From assembly GCA_963762565.1 (NCBI GenBank), contig CAVXLD010000004.1, positions 113,774 to 177,773 on the forward strand: DNA of 64,000 nucleotides, read 5' to 3'. The notes under the pieces are model-generated. The model had not been told where the DNA came from, made no database searches, and saw only the letters and a list, made by a program, of their open reading frames with translations. Below, piece by piece: positions 8,266-18,737 of this stretch (position 1 is its first letter; each line of letters begins with the position of its first letter). This DNA comes from an uncultured Verrucomicrobiae bacterium (GTDB taxonomy: Bacteria; Verrucomicrobiota; Verrucomicrobiia; Chthoniobacterales; JAFAMB01). A program made the translations under genes and the position numbers.

Positions 8266-10005
8266 CTACCGCGCTACCAACTCACCCTCGCGCGGCGCTT
8301 CCACGTGAAACTGTTCCGGCTTCGGCCGCGGACCGTTCACATGGGCTCTGCCCCAATAATCGGTAAAGGTTTCGCCTTGGAATCGTTCCCGAACAAACTC
8401 TTCAAGAAGGTCCCGGACTCGGTCCGGGATCTCTGCCAGCGTGATAGATTTTTGCTGAAGACCAACCAAGCGTTCGCCGGTAAGCGCGCCGCCAACATAA
8501 AGCGCATATTTCCCTGGCGCCCGGCCAACGAAGGCGATATCCGCATTATAAGGGCGGGCACAGCCGTTGGGACATCCAGTCATCCGGATCAGAATCGGTT
8601 CTTCAGAAAGTCCCAGGTCGGTCATAACCGCTTCGATCTTATCGAGGACCCCGGGAAAAACTCTCTCGCTCTCTGCCAGCGCCATACCGCAGGTCGGCAA
8701 CGCCACACAGGCCTGGGCCAGCTGACGCACCGGAGTGAGGTCTTCCGGCCGCGGGATACCATGCTCAACCAGGATCTTATCAACCGCCGCTTTCTGCGAT
8801 GGATCGATATTGTAAAAGCTCAGGTTACAATTGGTAGTCAATCGAACAGGAAACCCGAACTCGGTTGCAATTTTGGCAAAAGCGCTCCGAATGTTCGTCC
8901 CCTCGCCGTCCTTGATCCTTCCCTCCTGGATCCAAATCCCGCAGAACAGTTTTCCGTCGCCCTGCTCGTGCCAACCCAATAGATCGCTAACCGTGTCCCA
9001 CCGAACCTCCTTGGGAGCCTGGAGAGCGAAAGACAAGCGAGCCTGTACCTCCTGTTTGAACCACTCAATCCCTTTCTCTTCGATCAGATATTTCAGCCGG
9101 GCACGCTTCCGATCCGTTCGATTACCAAAGTCGCGTTGCACCGTAACCACGGCGACCGCGGTCTGGATCACTTGGTCGCGTTGTACATAGGCTAATGGTT
9201 TGGCCAACGCCGGATAAGTATCCTGTTTGCCGTGGGTCATGCCGAAGCCGCCGCCTGCTACAACGGTATACCCTTTAACCTCGCCTTTTTCGACGTGGGC
9301 TAGAAAGCCGAGGTCGTTTGCGTAAACGTCGACATCGTTCCGAGGTGGAATGGCGATCGCGATCTTAAATTTACGAGGCAGATACTGCTTTCCGTAGACC
9401 GGTTCTTCGCTCGCGCCCGCCACCTCGGATGAGCCAGAGCTCGTCTCCACAGGAATTTTCTCGCCGTTCAGCCAGATATCGGCGTAAGCCGTTGACCTCG
9501 GCAGGAATGCCTGGCTGATCTCCTTAGCCAACCGCTGGGTATCGCGATGGGGGGCATCGTTGATCGGCGTAGCCGGAGCGATCGTATTTCGTACCACGTC
9601 GCCGCAAGCGCCCCAAGTTGTCACTCCGGACTCGTTGATCCGCCGGATGCATTCTTTCAAATCGCCCTTCAGGACACCGTGCGTTTGGAAGCCTTGACGG
9701 GTCGTGATGCGCAAGGTGCCGTTCCCGAGATCTCCTGCGAGCTTGTCGTGTTCGAGATATTGGGCCGCGGTCAAATCTCCGCCGGGCAATTTCGATCGCA
9801 CCATGAACATCCAGGCTTTATCTTGATTTTGGGCTTTTCGGGCGGCCCGCTGATCGCGATCGTCCTGTTGATAGGTTCCGTGGAACTTCAATAGCTGATA
9901 TTCGTCCTCGGGAAAGTGGCTAGAGTCATCGGCCAGGGTCTCCTGGATCGTGCCCCTCAGCGATCGGCTTTCAGCCTTGATTTCCTCAACGTTCTTTGAT
10001 GACAT
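8266..10005 (-). CDS. cysI: Assimilatory sulfite reductase hemoprotein subunit
   Basis: LKFHGTYQQDDRD, YLPRKFK, ACVALPTCGMALAESER, RMTGCPNGCARPY; start MSSKN at 10005. Confidence 0.95.
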   Translation of the reverse strand: MSSKNVEEIKAESRSLRGTIQETLADDSSHFPEDEYQLLKFHGTYQQDDRDQRAARKAQNQDKAWMFMVRSKLPGGDLTAAQYLEHDKLAGDLGNGTLRITTRQGFQTHGVLKGDLKECIRRINESGVTTWGACGDVVRNTIAPATPINDAPHRDTQRLAKEISQAFLPRSTAYADIWLNGEKIPVETSSGSSEVAGASEEPVYGKQYLPRKFKIAIAIPPRNDVDVYANDLGFLAHVEKGEVKGYTVVAGGGFGMTHGKQDTYPALAKPLAYVQRDQVIQTAVAVVTVQRDFGNRTDRKRARLKYLIEEKGIEWFKQEVQARLSFALQAPKEVRWDTVSDLLGWHEQGDGKLFCGIWIQEGRIKDGEGTNIRSAFAKIATEFGFPVRLTTNCNLSFYNIDPSQKAAVDKILVEHGIPRPEDLTPVRQLAQACVALPTCGMALAESERVFPGVLDKIEAVMTDLGLSEEPILIRMTGCPNGCARPYNADIAFVGRAPGKYALYVGGALTGERLVGLQQKSITLAEIPDRVRDLLEEFVRERFQGETFTDYWGRAHVNGPRPKPEQFHVEAPREGELVAR

Positions 10006-10122
10006 GGCGACTAATCCTAGAAAATACTTATTCTCCCTAGGGATATAGTCTATTTGCCTCAAGGTGCAAACTGAATCGGTGAGCGCCGTGCGTCCACAAG
10101 GAAGGACAAACTCGGTTCGCAC

Positions 10123-10381
10123 TCGTTCTCGTCCTCGTCCTCGACTTTGCTAGGGCGAGGCTCCCGAATTGTCCAACGGTTCGAACGAAGCGTTCGGTAA
10201 TACCCGCCTCTATCGCGCCGTTACGTCTGGAATCGCGCCGAGCCGTGGTCCATCGTGGGCCACGGCTCGGCGCGTCTTTCGGCCTTGCTCATTCAACTCT
10301 CGGCGTTCGCACGGTGCACCCTTGGTCAATCGTCGCGCTATTCGGGAGCCTCGCCCTACCAAAGTCGAGGACGAGAACGAT
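10123..10381. repeat. Family A REPIN (10151-10360) nested in (TCGTCC)n/(GGACGA)n inverted tracts
   Basis: TAGGGCGAGGCTCC-N72-GCCGAGCCG ... CGGCTCGGC-N73-GGAGCCTCGCCCTACC. Confidence 0.9.
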
Positions 10382-10469
10382 TGACGGGGGTGCGTGCACA
10401 GCTGGTGGATCCATCACAAATCATTTGGACCTTTAGATCCTCCATGTCCCTCACATGCGTACCTATAAC

Positions 10470-10862
10470 ATGAAACGATTGATCCTTTTAGGCTGGCTAT
10501 TCTGGGCGGTGATCGCTAACGCGGGACAGCCAGTATTACAGTTCAACATGACGAGCACCGGCGGCGCACCGGTTACTTACGTCTTCAATCTTCCAGACGA
10601 CTATCTTGCAGCTCAGCCCCCGGTCGAAGACCTGCATGGGAAGCTACAACATCAAGCTGGTGTCGCCGCAATAACTTGGGCAAAGGACTTTTACGGCGCC
10701 CGTGATGTGTTTCTGACCGGCGTTGATCTTAAAGAATCACCAGCTCCTTATTTCTTGGCGAAGTTCAATGGTGAGGTCGGCGGTCAACGCCAAGAATTTT
10801 ACGCTGTGGTACTTGTGTCCGGTACGATAGTGGAGCCAAGCCAACTGGTAGCCGCTCAATAG
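10470..10862 (+). CDS. Secreted hypothetical protein
   Basis: Signal peptide MKRLILLGWLFWAVIANA; plausible globular sequence. Confidence 0.7.
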   Translation: MKRLILLGWLFWAVIANAGQPVLQFNMTSTGGAPVTYVFNLPDDYLAAQPPVEDLHGKLQHQAGVAAITWAKDFYGARDVFLTGVDLKESPAPYFLAKFNGEVGGQRQEFYAVVLVSGTIVEPSQLVAAQ

Positions 10863-10878
10863 CCAGCCCGCCAGCCCT

Positions 10879-11709
10879 CTATTTAAGTCCGGCGGCAGCC
10901 ATCACGCCTTGCGTGACCCTCTTTTGGAACAACAGATAAGCGGCTGCCGTCGGAATCGATGCTAAAACACCTGTGGCGCAGATTTTAGCAAAAGCGACCC
11001 CGTAAGCTGACTGAACCTGAGTCATCCCGACCGGAACCGTGAGCATCGGAGTCGAGTTGGTAACAATCAGCGGCCACAAGAAATTGTTCCAAGCGCCGAT
11101 AAAGATGATGATGCTCATCGCCCAGACAATGCTCCAGTTAACGGGTAGATAAATCTTGAAGAGAATCTTGAACTCGCTCGCCCCATCGATCAGGGCGGCG
11201 TCACGAAAATCGCGAGGCACTTCGTCGAAGAACTGCTTAAAGACGATCACCGCCAACGGAGTAGCCACTTGCGGAGCAATTAAACCGGCAAAGGTATTCA
11301 CGAAATTGAGCTGCGTCATAAACATAAACAGCGGAACCGCCATCGTGGCGAAGGGCAGCATAAAACCCACCAGCAAGGCCGCATAAAGCAACCGTTTTCC
11401 CCAAAACTCAAGCCGGGAGAGCGCGTACGCGCACATGAGGGAACAGAGAATACATAAGAAAGTCACACTAACTGACGTGATGACAGTATTGAGGTACCAG
11501 CGAAAGAACGGGCTATTCTGGATAATATAGACAAAAGCGTCAAAGTTAGGCGGCCAGGGAAAAAGGGTGGGCGGGTTAACAATCGTATCCGTTTCAGCTT
11601 TCAGAGAGGTGGCTCCCATCCAATAGACCGGAAAGAGCCACGCGATCGCGAGGATCACCGTAAAGACAGTGCAAACAATTCCTAAGATCGATGGTTTTCC
11701 GGTTTTCAT
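10879..11709 (-). CDS. Carbohydrate ABC transporter permease
   Basis: EAA-like loop DAALIDGASEFKI, AWNNFLWPLIV. Confidence 0.93.
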   Translation of the reverse strand: MKTGKPSILGIVCTVFTVILAIAWLFPVYWMGATSLKAETDTIVNPPTLFPWPPNFDAFVYIIQNSPFFRWYLNTVITSVSVTFLCILCSLMCAYALSRLEFWGKRLLYAALLVGFMLPFATMAVPLFMFMTQLNFVNTFAGLIAPQVATPLAVIVFKQFFDEVPRDFRDAALIDGASEFKILFKIYLPVNWSIVWAMSIIIFIGAWNNFLWPLIVTNSTPMLTVPVGMTQVQSAYGVAFAKICATGVLASIPTAAAYLLFQKRVTQGVMAAAGLK

Positions 11710-12596
11710 CTGACCGGTTTGACGCGCAGCAGGCGCGACTGAACAAGGGAGACAACTACAATGATTACTACGAGAGCTATCGCCACCGCGGAGGCGTATC
11801 CTCCTCGACCCTGTTGGAATGCCTCTCGGTACATGTAAAGCAGCACCACCGTGGTAGCATTGGACGGCCCGCCGAATGTCAGCAGATAGACCTGATCAAA
11901 GATTTTAAATTGAGCGATCAGCTGCAGAATCAGAACCAGGCTAGCCACAGGCCAGATCAAAGGACAGGTCACAAATAGAAACCGCTGGAAACCGGTAGCC
12001 CCATCGAGAGCTGCGGCTTCGTAGTATTCGAGCGGAATATTTTGGAGCCCGGCGATAAACAGCAGCATGTTAAACCCAACCGTCCACCAGATGGTAACCA
12101 AAGCGACGCCCGGCATGGCAAAACCAGCATCTCCGAACCAAGCGGTGTTGGTCCCGAGCAGATTATTCACGATGCCAAAATTCGCATCTAACATCCAAAG
12201 AGCGATGCAGTTGGTAACAACGCTCACGGGAAGCACGTAGGGCAAGAAAAGAGCCGATAAGATCGGCAGACGCAGGCGCTTCAACCGCAACACAAGCAGC
12301 GCTAAAAAGAACCCGACGGCGGTGTTAGGAACCACCGTCAAAACAACAAAATAAACGGTGTGCCCCACCGCCACCCAAAATTCCTGGTCGAAAATTAGTT
12401 CGTGGTAGTTAGCCAGCCCAGTGAAATGGCCCTGTCCGGCGATGTCGGAGTTCGTTAAACTCAGGTAAACGACCCGCAACGCCGGATAAATCAGGAACAA
12501 TACGTAGAACAACAGAAACGGGCCAACAAACGCGTACGCGACCCAGGCATTCCTCTTCCGCTTATTCTGTGAGCCGTTCGGTTCAGCTGGCGGCAT
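11706..12596 (-). CDS. Carbohydrate ABC transporter permease
   Basis: GLQNIPLEYYEAAALDGA, FDQVYLLTFGGP. Confidence 0.93.
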   Translation of the reverse strand: MPPAEPNGSQNKRKRNAWVAYAFVGPFLLFYVLFLIYPALRVVYLSLTNSDIAGQGHFTGLANYHELIFDQEFWVAVGHTVYFVVLTVVPNTAVGFFLALLVLRLKRLRLPILSALFLPYVLPVSVVTNCIALWMLDANFGIVNNLLGTNTAWFGDAGFAMPGVALVTIWWTVGFNMLLFIAGLQNIPLEYYEAAALDGATGFQRFLFVTCPLIWPVASLVLILQLIAQFKIFDQVYLLTFGGPSNATTVVLLYMYREAFQQGRGGYASAVAIALVVIIVVVSLVQSRLLRVKPVR

Positions 12597-12652
12597 TGCG
12601 GGAGGAACCGACTCTGAGTAAGTTTGGGAACGCGTAGCGCGTTACTTGACTG

Positions 12653-13960
12653 TTACTGTTGCTGCTTCTGGAATTTTTCCAGCTCGTCCGTGAACTGTTT
12701 CATGGACTGATCGACGGGGGCCTGTCCATTGACCGCCGGCACCAAGAAGTTGCTGATGGGAACAAATGTCGGTCCACCAACACCGAAAATTGGCAGCGTC
12801 GGCTCGAACGCCAGATCTTTGGCTGCCTGAGCACTATATTCGTTGTTGGGAACCATCTGCTTAAAAGCGTCACTCTCTTGTACCGGCAGATAGGCAGGGA
12901 TATGACCGCCGCCAGCCCAATCCACTTGTTTAACCACGAAGGCGATAAACTTGAGCGCCGCTGCCACTTTTTCCGGAGTAGGCGGAGTTTTGTCGTTGTT
13001 GGGAATCGCCAACTGATGAGAATCGGCCCAGGTTTCTTGGTTATCGAACAGCTTAGGGAAAGCCACCACTCCGTAGTCGAAAGGCAACTTACCCGACTTT
13101 TTCAGGTCAACGAGGGTCGGCACCTCCCAGTTACCATTGATCATGAAATCGGACCGTGCGGCCGTAAAAAGAGCCACCATTGACGCGTAACCGACGTTTT
13201 TCGGAATCAGGCCTTCCTTGGACCAGTCCGCCATGATCTGTAACGACTTAATTCCCTGAACGTTCACATCGTCAAAGCTGAGTTTGCCGTTTTTAACGAA
13301 ATCCCCGCCCTGCTGTACGAAGAAGGTGTACCAGATGCGCCAAAGAGAGGCTGGATCCTGAGAGAAAATATTGGCCGAAATTGGGATTAAATGAGTCTTG
13401 GTCTTAGCATCCGTTAACATCTTGGTAAACGCCGCGAGACTATCGAGACCGGTGGGTTTACCGTCAGCATCGAGCAAGCCTGCTTTACCTAGAGCGGTCT
13501 TATTGTAATACAGGACGAGGGTATGGATATCCAGAGGGACGCCAAACAGTTGATCGGTTCCTCCATACGTCTTGCTAATTTCAAGAGATCTTTGAACCAA
13601 CGAAGCCTGGAAATCAGAAGCTTTGAGACCGGCTGCCGCTAGTTCTTCCGTGGTAAACGGCCGCAAATCTTTGGCCTGAATACCCGCCGGAAAATGCGAC
13701 AGATGGTAGGTCATCACATCCGGGGTCTGGCCGGCAACCACACCGGTATGGACCTTGGTGTAGAATGGCTCGCCCCAAGTCAGAGTCGATTCATTGACAT
13801 GAATGTCGCTCTGACTTTTGTTGAACGCTTCAACAATCTGTTTCATGCGGATGCCATCTCCGCCACCAAGGAAGTCCCAATAAGTCAGTTCCAACGGCGC
13901 TGCGGAAGCGAACGCCGAAAGGCAAAAAGCACCAGCAATAGCGGGAATAACTGTTTTCAT
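12653..13960 (-). CDS. Sugar ABC transporter substrate-binding protein
   Basis: Signal peptide from MKTVIP (13960); YWDFLGGGDG, PLDIHTLVLYYN, WADSH. Confidence 0.9.
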   Translation of the reverse strand: MKTVIPAIAGAFCLSAFASAAPLELTYWDFLGGGDGIRMKQIVEAFNKSQSDIHVNESTLTWGEPFYTKVHTGVVAGQTPDVMTYHLSHFPAGIQAKDLRPFTTEELAAAGLKASDFQASLVQRSLEISKTYGGTDQLFGVPLDIHTLVLYYNKTALGKAGLLDADGKPTGLDSLAAFTKMLTDAKTKTHLIPISANIFSQDPASLWRIWYTFFVQQGGDFVKNGKLSFDDVNVQGIKSLQIMADWSKEGLIPKNVGYASMVALFTAARSDFMINGNWEVPTLVDLKKSGKLPFDYGVVAFPKLFDNQETWADSHQLAIPNNDKTPPTPEKVAAALKFIAFVVKQVDWAGGGHIPAYLPVQESDAFKQMVPNNEYSAQAAKDLAFEPTLPIFGVGGPTFVPISNFLVPAVNGQAPVDQSMKQFTDELEKFQKQQQ

Positions 13961-14050
13961 GGAAGGGGAACGGGGGATTATTTCGATATAAAAAGAAAAA
14001 GGTCCGTCTTCAAGGGATGATTTGTAAAAGTCCACGCTTCAGCAGGTTTT

Positions 14051-15556
14051 TCAGTAGCTAAGGGTCAGTACATCCCAAGACAGCGCCGGCATTCGCAGCG
14101 TGAAGCTATCACCGCGCAACGAGAAATCCTGATGGGCTTGGGGCACAACCGCGTCTGGAGCACTGGCGGTGTTCGTCTGTTGCAAATTGCTTCCAGTCAC
14201 TCTTTGCCCGGCGGCTTTGCCGAAAGCGGGAAACCCTCGTAATAAGCCATCCACCTCAATCTCGGTATCCGGGTTCCGGTTCAAAATAAATAGGGTCACG
14301 GCCTGCTTGGCCGGATTAGAAACGGCGCTGACCACGAGCCCAGGCACTTCTCCCGCGGTTGTCGTATTCATCCTCGGCGCATCGATCTTGGCTTGAAGCA
14401 CGCTGCCATGGGCCAGCTCCGCCACCAGCTTGAATGGATGGAAAATGGTTTGCCGCCAGGCCGGACCACCGGGCTCAGTTTTGATGGCGCCGATAACGTT
14501 CACAAGTTGAGCCAGACAGGCGCACTTTACCCGGTCTGCATTGTTTAAAAGGGTGATGAGAGCTCCCCCCACCATCAGCGCATCCATAAGGTCGTAAACC
14601 TCTTCCACTAATCGCGGCGCAGCCGGCCACCCGGGTTGCTGATGGTCCTCATCCGAACGCGCCTTGTACCAAACATTCCATTCGTCAAACGAAAGGCTCA
14701 TTCGTTTCAGTGACCGCCGCTTAGCCGCTACTGCATCGCAAACCGCCGCTGCTTCTTTGATGAAGCGATCCATGATGTCGATATTCGCAAAAAACTCTGA
14801 ACTATCCTTGTGCGGGTTCGCGAAATACATGTGCAGCGATAAGAAGTCGACATGGTCAAAGGTGTGCTCCATCACCTCGTATTCCCAGGCGCCGAAAGTC
14901 GGCATCGCCCGGTGCGATGATCCGCAAGCCGCTAATTGGATAGACGAATCCACCCATTTCATGACCTTGGCAGCTTCCGTTGCTGCCCGTCCGTACTCGG
15001 TCGCGGTTTTCTGGCAGATCTGCCAAGGTCCATCCATTTCGTTTCCCAGACACCAAAACTTAACTCCGTGCGGCCAGTCATACCCGTGACTCTTGCGGAG
15101 GTCGCTAAGCCGGGTACCGCCTGGATGATTGCAATATTCGAGCAGCTCGCGCGCTTCGTCCGGACCCCGAGTTCCTAAATTGACGCCCAGCATCGGTTCG
15201 ATCCCGGCTAAGCGGCACCAGGTGATAAATTCGTTAGTACCAAACTGGTTGGATTCAGTGCTGGCCCAAGCCAGATCCAGCCGAGCCGGCCGAGATTCGA
15301 CTGGGCCAACGCCATCTTCCCAATTGTAGCCGGAGAGAAAATTTCCTCCCGGATATCGCATGATGGTCGGTCCCAATTCCCGCACCAGTTCAAGCACGTC
15401 CGAGCGGAACCCGTGCTTGTCTGCGGTCGGATGACCCGGTTCAAAGATTCCTGTGTAGACACAACGCCCCAGGTGCTCGACAAAAGCCCCAAACAGGCGG
15501 CGATCGATTTCGGCAACGGTAAAATCGGAGTCAAGAATGATGCGAGCTTTATTCAT
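14051..15556 (-). CDS. abfA: Alpha-L-arabinofuranosidase (GH51)
   Basis: FVEHLGRCVY, RYPGGNF, WCLGNEMDGPWQ, SFDEWNVWY, AQLVNVI. Confidence 0.93.
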   Translation of the reverse strand: MNKARIILDSDFTVAEIDRRLFGAFVEHLGRCVYTGIFEPGHPTADKHGFRSDVLELVRELGPTIMRYPGGNFLSGYNWEDGVGPVESRPARLDLAWASTESNQFGTNEFITWCRLAGIEPMLGVNLGTRGPDEARELLEYCNHPGGTRLSDLRKSHGYDWPHGVKFWCLGNEMDGPWQICQKTATEYGRAATEAAKVMKWVDSSIQLAACGSSHRAMPTFGAWEYEVMEHTFDHVDFLSLHMYFANPHKDSSEFFANIDIMDRFIKEAAAVCDAVAAKRRSLKRMSLSFDEWNVWYKARSDEDHQQPGWPAAPRLVEEVYDLMDALMVGGALITLLNNADRVKCACLAQLVNVIGAIKTEPGGPAWRQTIFHPFKLVAELAHGSVLQAKIDAPRMNTTTAGEVPGLVVSAVSNPAKQAVTLFILNRNPDTEIEVDGLLRGFPAFGKAAGQRVTGSNLQQTNTASAPDAVVPQAHQDFSLRGDSFTLRMPALSWDVLTLSY

Positions 15557-15596
15557 GATGGATTGTTCAGGGGTTGATAGGGAGGGCCGCTATGCG

Positions 15597-15848
15597 GCAA
15601 TAACAAATAGCAGATAGCAGATAGCAAAAGGAAGGTCCCGGGGAATTGTCGTCATCCGTGGTGAACGGCCCCCGGAAATCGTCCTCGTTCTCGTCGTCGT
15701 CCTCGTCCTCGACAGTTCACCCAGGGCGTGCCGCTTACCAGCGCGATGACCGATCCAGCGCAAAGGCATCGACAGTCGTTCGGCACCGCTGGACCACGGC
15801 AATGCGCATCGAATCGAGGACGAGGACGACGACGAGGACGAATACGAT
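15597..15848. repeat. (ATAGCAG)n heptamers plus inverted (TCGTCC)n/(GGACGA)n element
   Basis: aatcgtcctcgttctcgtcgtcgtcctcgtcctcga versus tcgaggacgaggacgacgacgaggacgaatacgatt. Confidence 0.8.
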
Positions 15849-15871
15849 TCCCGCGGCTTCGCGATGACCCG

Positions 15872-16654
15872 CTACTTCTGCCCTAGGAGCTCCGGGCGGT
15901 ATTCGAAATGCATTGTATCGTAGTGATACCATTTGCCGCCCCAGACAAATCCGTGCCGTTCAAAAATCTCGACGATGGAATGGGGTATCCGATTTCGATA
16001 GACTATTTTGCCGTCACCGCTGGGTTTGGCCCAACGCCAGTAATCCGAGTATTGGCTGTTAATATCGATCGCGATACCGAACGAGTGAGCGCTCAGCTGA
16101 TCGCTTCCGGCAATCGGTCGCCAGTTATAGGTTCCCGAGGTGGTGGTAACGTACTTTTTCTGTTCTTCCGGGAGCTGATCCAGTTCGGCTGATACCGCTG
16201 CTAACGCTCGATCCACGCCGTTGATCGAGGTGATCCGGACCTTGGCATGAGTCGACTGCGGCATCCAAGGAATGGTCACCAAATGGGCTTCGACCTCGCT
16301 GGGGCTGCTTCCATACATCGCCCGAAAGAAGGCGGCACACCGAAAGCGGCCGGGATCATAATTGTATGCTGGCGCCTGGTAGGAATCAGGGCCCATTGGG
16401 TACGTTTGTGCGAGTTCGTTTAATGGAGTGGCCTGGGCCAAGAGCTCGTCGAAACCCTTCTTTTTGCCGTCATCGAACTCTACTTTTGCACCGTTCTGGA
16501 ACAAAAGTTGGTTATTGCTGAACCCGGTCAGGGTGGTAGGGTAACAGCGCAGAAAAAGGGCAGCCGCGGCCGGTACGGCTTCGGTCTGCGCAAAAGCCAA
16601 GCGCCCGGCCAGAATCAGTGACCAGATCGTCAGACTGATTGCTCGCATGACCAA
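15872..16654 (-). CDS. M15 family peptidoglycan metallopeptidase, secreted
   Basis: SAHSFGIAID and DTMHFEYRPE zinc motifs; N-terminal signal. Confidence 0.88.
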   Translation of the reverse strand: MVMRAISLTIWSLILAGRLAFAQTEAVPAAAALFLRCYPTTLTGFSNNQLLFQNGAKVEFDDGKKKGFDELLAQATPLNELAQTYPMGPDSYQAPAYNYDPGRFRCAAFFRAMYGSSPSEVEAHLVTIPWMPQSTHAKVRITSINGVDRALAAVSAELDQLPEEQKKYVTTTSGTYNWRPIAGSDQLSAHSFGIAIDINSQYSDYWRWAKPSGDGKIVYRNRIPHSIVEIFERHGFVWGGKWYHYDTMHFEYRPELLGQK

Positions 16655-16655
16655 A

Positions 16656-17066
16656 TCAGTCCGAAACTACGGTGACGTTTAGAAAGTTCCGGTAGACGTC
16701 GACCCGGATAACAGGGGTCCCGTTCACCACGCGCCGGATCGCCATCGGATCACTTCGTCCGCGTTCAAGCATGCTCTCGAGCAGAGCGCGATTTTCTTTG
16801 CTTTGGAAAAATGAATCGGCTTCGTCTTCGGGATCGCGTATTCCGTAGACGTAAAAATTCGCTCGATCTTGCCGAATGATGGCGGCCGCCGAAGTCAGCC
16901 TTTGCCCGTTACTGTTGAAGTGATCCCTCGCGCTAAGCCGGGCGACGTAGCTCTCGATCGGGCCGTCAATGTCGCTCTGAGCAGGTGCCGGGGCCGCCAG
17001 AAGAAAAAGAAAGAGCAGCGAAAACAGAAGCGTTTTTATCGCGGCCCGATTAGTGCAAATAACCAT
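16656..17066 (-). CDS. Secreted hypothetical protein
   Basis: Signal peptide; YVARLSARDHFNSNG, AAIIRQDRANF; 1 nt from the M15 gene. Confidence 0.75.
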   Translation of the reverse strand: MVICTNRAAIKTLLFSLLFLFLLAAPAPAQSDIDGPIESYVARLSARDHFNSNGQRLTSAAAIIRQDRANFYVYGIRDPEDEADSFFQSKENRALLESMLERGRSDPMAIRRVVNGTPVIRVDVYRNFLNVTVVSD

Positions 17067-17172
17067 CTCTGCTGTTAGACGACACGGTTAAGCACTCTTG
17101 CGTGAAAACTAAAACCAAGAGGCGCTATCCCTTCTCGCTCCCGGATTCAGACACGATCACGCTACAGACCAG

Positions 17173-17268
17173 CGGCTCGGCACGACTATCGGCCTAATGT
17201 TACACTTCGACATCGAAACACATTAAACCCTGGTAAATTCCTAGATCGTTCGGGAGCCTCGCACTACC
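17173..17268. repeat. Family A REP, single arm
   Basis: CGGCTCGGC-N71-GGAGCCTCGCACTACC. Confidence 0.85.
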
Positions 17269-17283
17269 ATTCCTACTCTGATA

Positions 17284-18456
17284 ATGAGCGACTTTTTCCA
17301 GCATGGTTTGATCAGCACGCTTCACCGGCTCAACCCAGCGGAGACGGTCGAAAGTGAAGGTCTAAACGAAACCGGCCTTGGATTGCTGTTGCCCTGTCAT
17401 CTTCGGGATATCGGCAGCAAAGCACTCGCCGATATGATCCAGACGCTCAACCGGCTCACCTGCTTCGAACACGTCATCGTTTCGGTTAATGGAGCTGGGA
17501 ACTCGAGGCTCTCCGAGACGTCGGATGTGGGCGAGGCGCTTCAGTTCTGGACTCAACTTCGGACTCCGCACACTGTCCTGGGGAACGATTCACCAGCCTT
17601 CGTTTCCTGGCTGCGAGACCGCAATCTACCGGCGGTTCCTGGAAAGGGATTAAATCTCTGGACCGGCCTCGGCTTTGCCTTGTGCCACACTGAATTGCAG
17701 GCATTGATCATCCACGACTGCGATATCCAAAATTATACGGCTTCCTTGCCGGTTTCTCTGGCGATACCCGTGGCTAGGCTGGAGTACCAGTTCTGCAAGG
17801 GTTTTTATAGCCGGGTACAAGAGCAGCTTTACGGGCGGGCGACCCGGCTTTTCATGATCCCACTGGTGCGCGCTTTAGGCCGCACCCTTGGTCACGTCCC
17901 GCTACTCGACTTTATCGATTCGTTTCGTTACCCGCTTGCGGGTGAGTGCGCGCTTTCCACCGGGGTGGCGGCCAGTTTATCGGTGGAAAACGGTTGGGGC
18001 GTGGAAATCGGCTGGCTCTGCGAAGCTTACCGGTTAATCGATCCGGAAGAGATCTGCCAGGTGGATCTGGCAATGCGCTACCATCACCGGCATCAAAGCA
18101 TTGATCCAGGGCGGCCAGCCGAGGGTCTCCTCGGAATGGTCGCCGATATCGCTCTTTCCCTTTTCACCCATCTGGAAAAAGAAGGCTGCCGCCTCGACTC
18201 GTCGATCTTGGAGGAGGTTGTGTCGGGGTACGAACAGACCGCGAACGATATGATCCGCCGGTATCGAGATGTCGCCGAGTTCAACAAGCTGCCTTTCGCA
18301 CGAGATGAAGAACGCCAAACGGCGCGGTTGTTCCAGGAAAGGCTTCGATTTGTGGCCGATGAATTCAGCAGCGGCGCCCGGATGCGGAGTTTGCCCCCCT
18401 GGGATCAATTCTTGCGCGAAGCGAGTTATCCGGTGGACGAGATCGTTTTGCGGTAG
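17284..18456 (+). CDS. Glucosyl-3-phosphoglycerate synthase-like glycosyltransferase
   Basis: MSDFFQHG.I.TLH, GKG.N.W, HDCDI, FCKGFYSR, LYGRATRL, FRYPLAGE, WGVEIG. Confidence 0.8.
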   Translation: MSDFFQHGLISTLHRLNPAETVESEGLNETGLGLLLPCHLRDIGSKALADMIQTLNRLTCFEHVIVSVNGAGNSRLSETSDVGEALQFWTQLRTPHTVLGNDSPAFVSWLRDRNLPAVPGKGLNLWTGLGFALCHTELQALIIHDCDIQNYTASLPVSLAIPVARLEYQFCKGFYSRVQEQLYGRATRLFMIPLVRALGRTLGHVPLLDFIDSFRYPLAGECALSTGVAASLSVENGWGVEIGWLCEAYRLIDPEEICQVDLAMRYHHRHQSIDPGRPAEGLLGMVADIALSLFTHLEKEGCRLDSSILEEVVSGYEQTANDMIRRYRDVAEFNKLPFARDEERQTARLFQERLRFVADEFSSGARMRSLPPWDQFLREASYPVDEIVLR

Positions 18457-18688
18457 GGCGAGGCTCCCAAAAGACCGAGTTCGTTACCAGGGTCCAGTGC
18501 GCATCGCTGCTCGTGCGCGTCGCTGGGTCGAGAGGTCCGCCGAGCCGCGGTCTGCAGTGTGATCGCGGCCCAAGAAGTGGCACATCAGGGGTAGCGGCTC
18601 GGCACGCCTATCGGCCAAGCATCACCTACAGTAACGGACCATTCCGAACCCTGGCGATGCGCGGGTAGTGCGGGAGCCTCGCCCTACC
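18452..18688. repeat. Family A REPIN
   Basis: Arms with N71 and N69 interiors; first arm supplies the TAG stop of the upstream gene. Confidence 0.9.
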
Positions 18689-18737
18689 ATTGATTTCGCG
18701 TTTGAGAGCAGCCCCAATCTGCCGTACAGAACCAGAC

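Noticed and set aside
15590..15932. ORFs with RTRTTTRTR or SSSSSS runs (also 30325-30645, 24794-25177)
   Set aside because: Translations of the TCGTCC microsatellite elements, not genes
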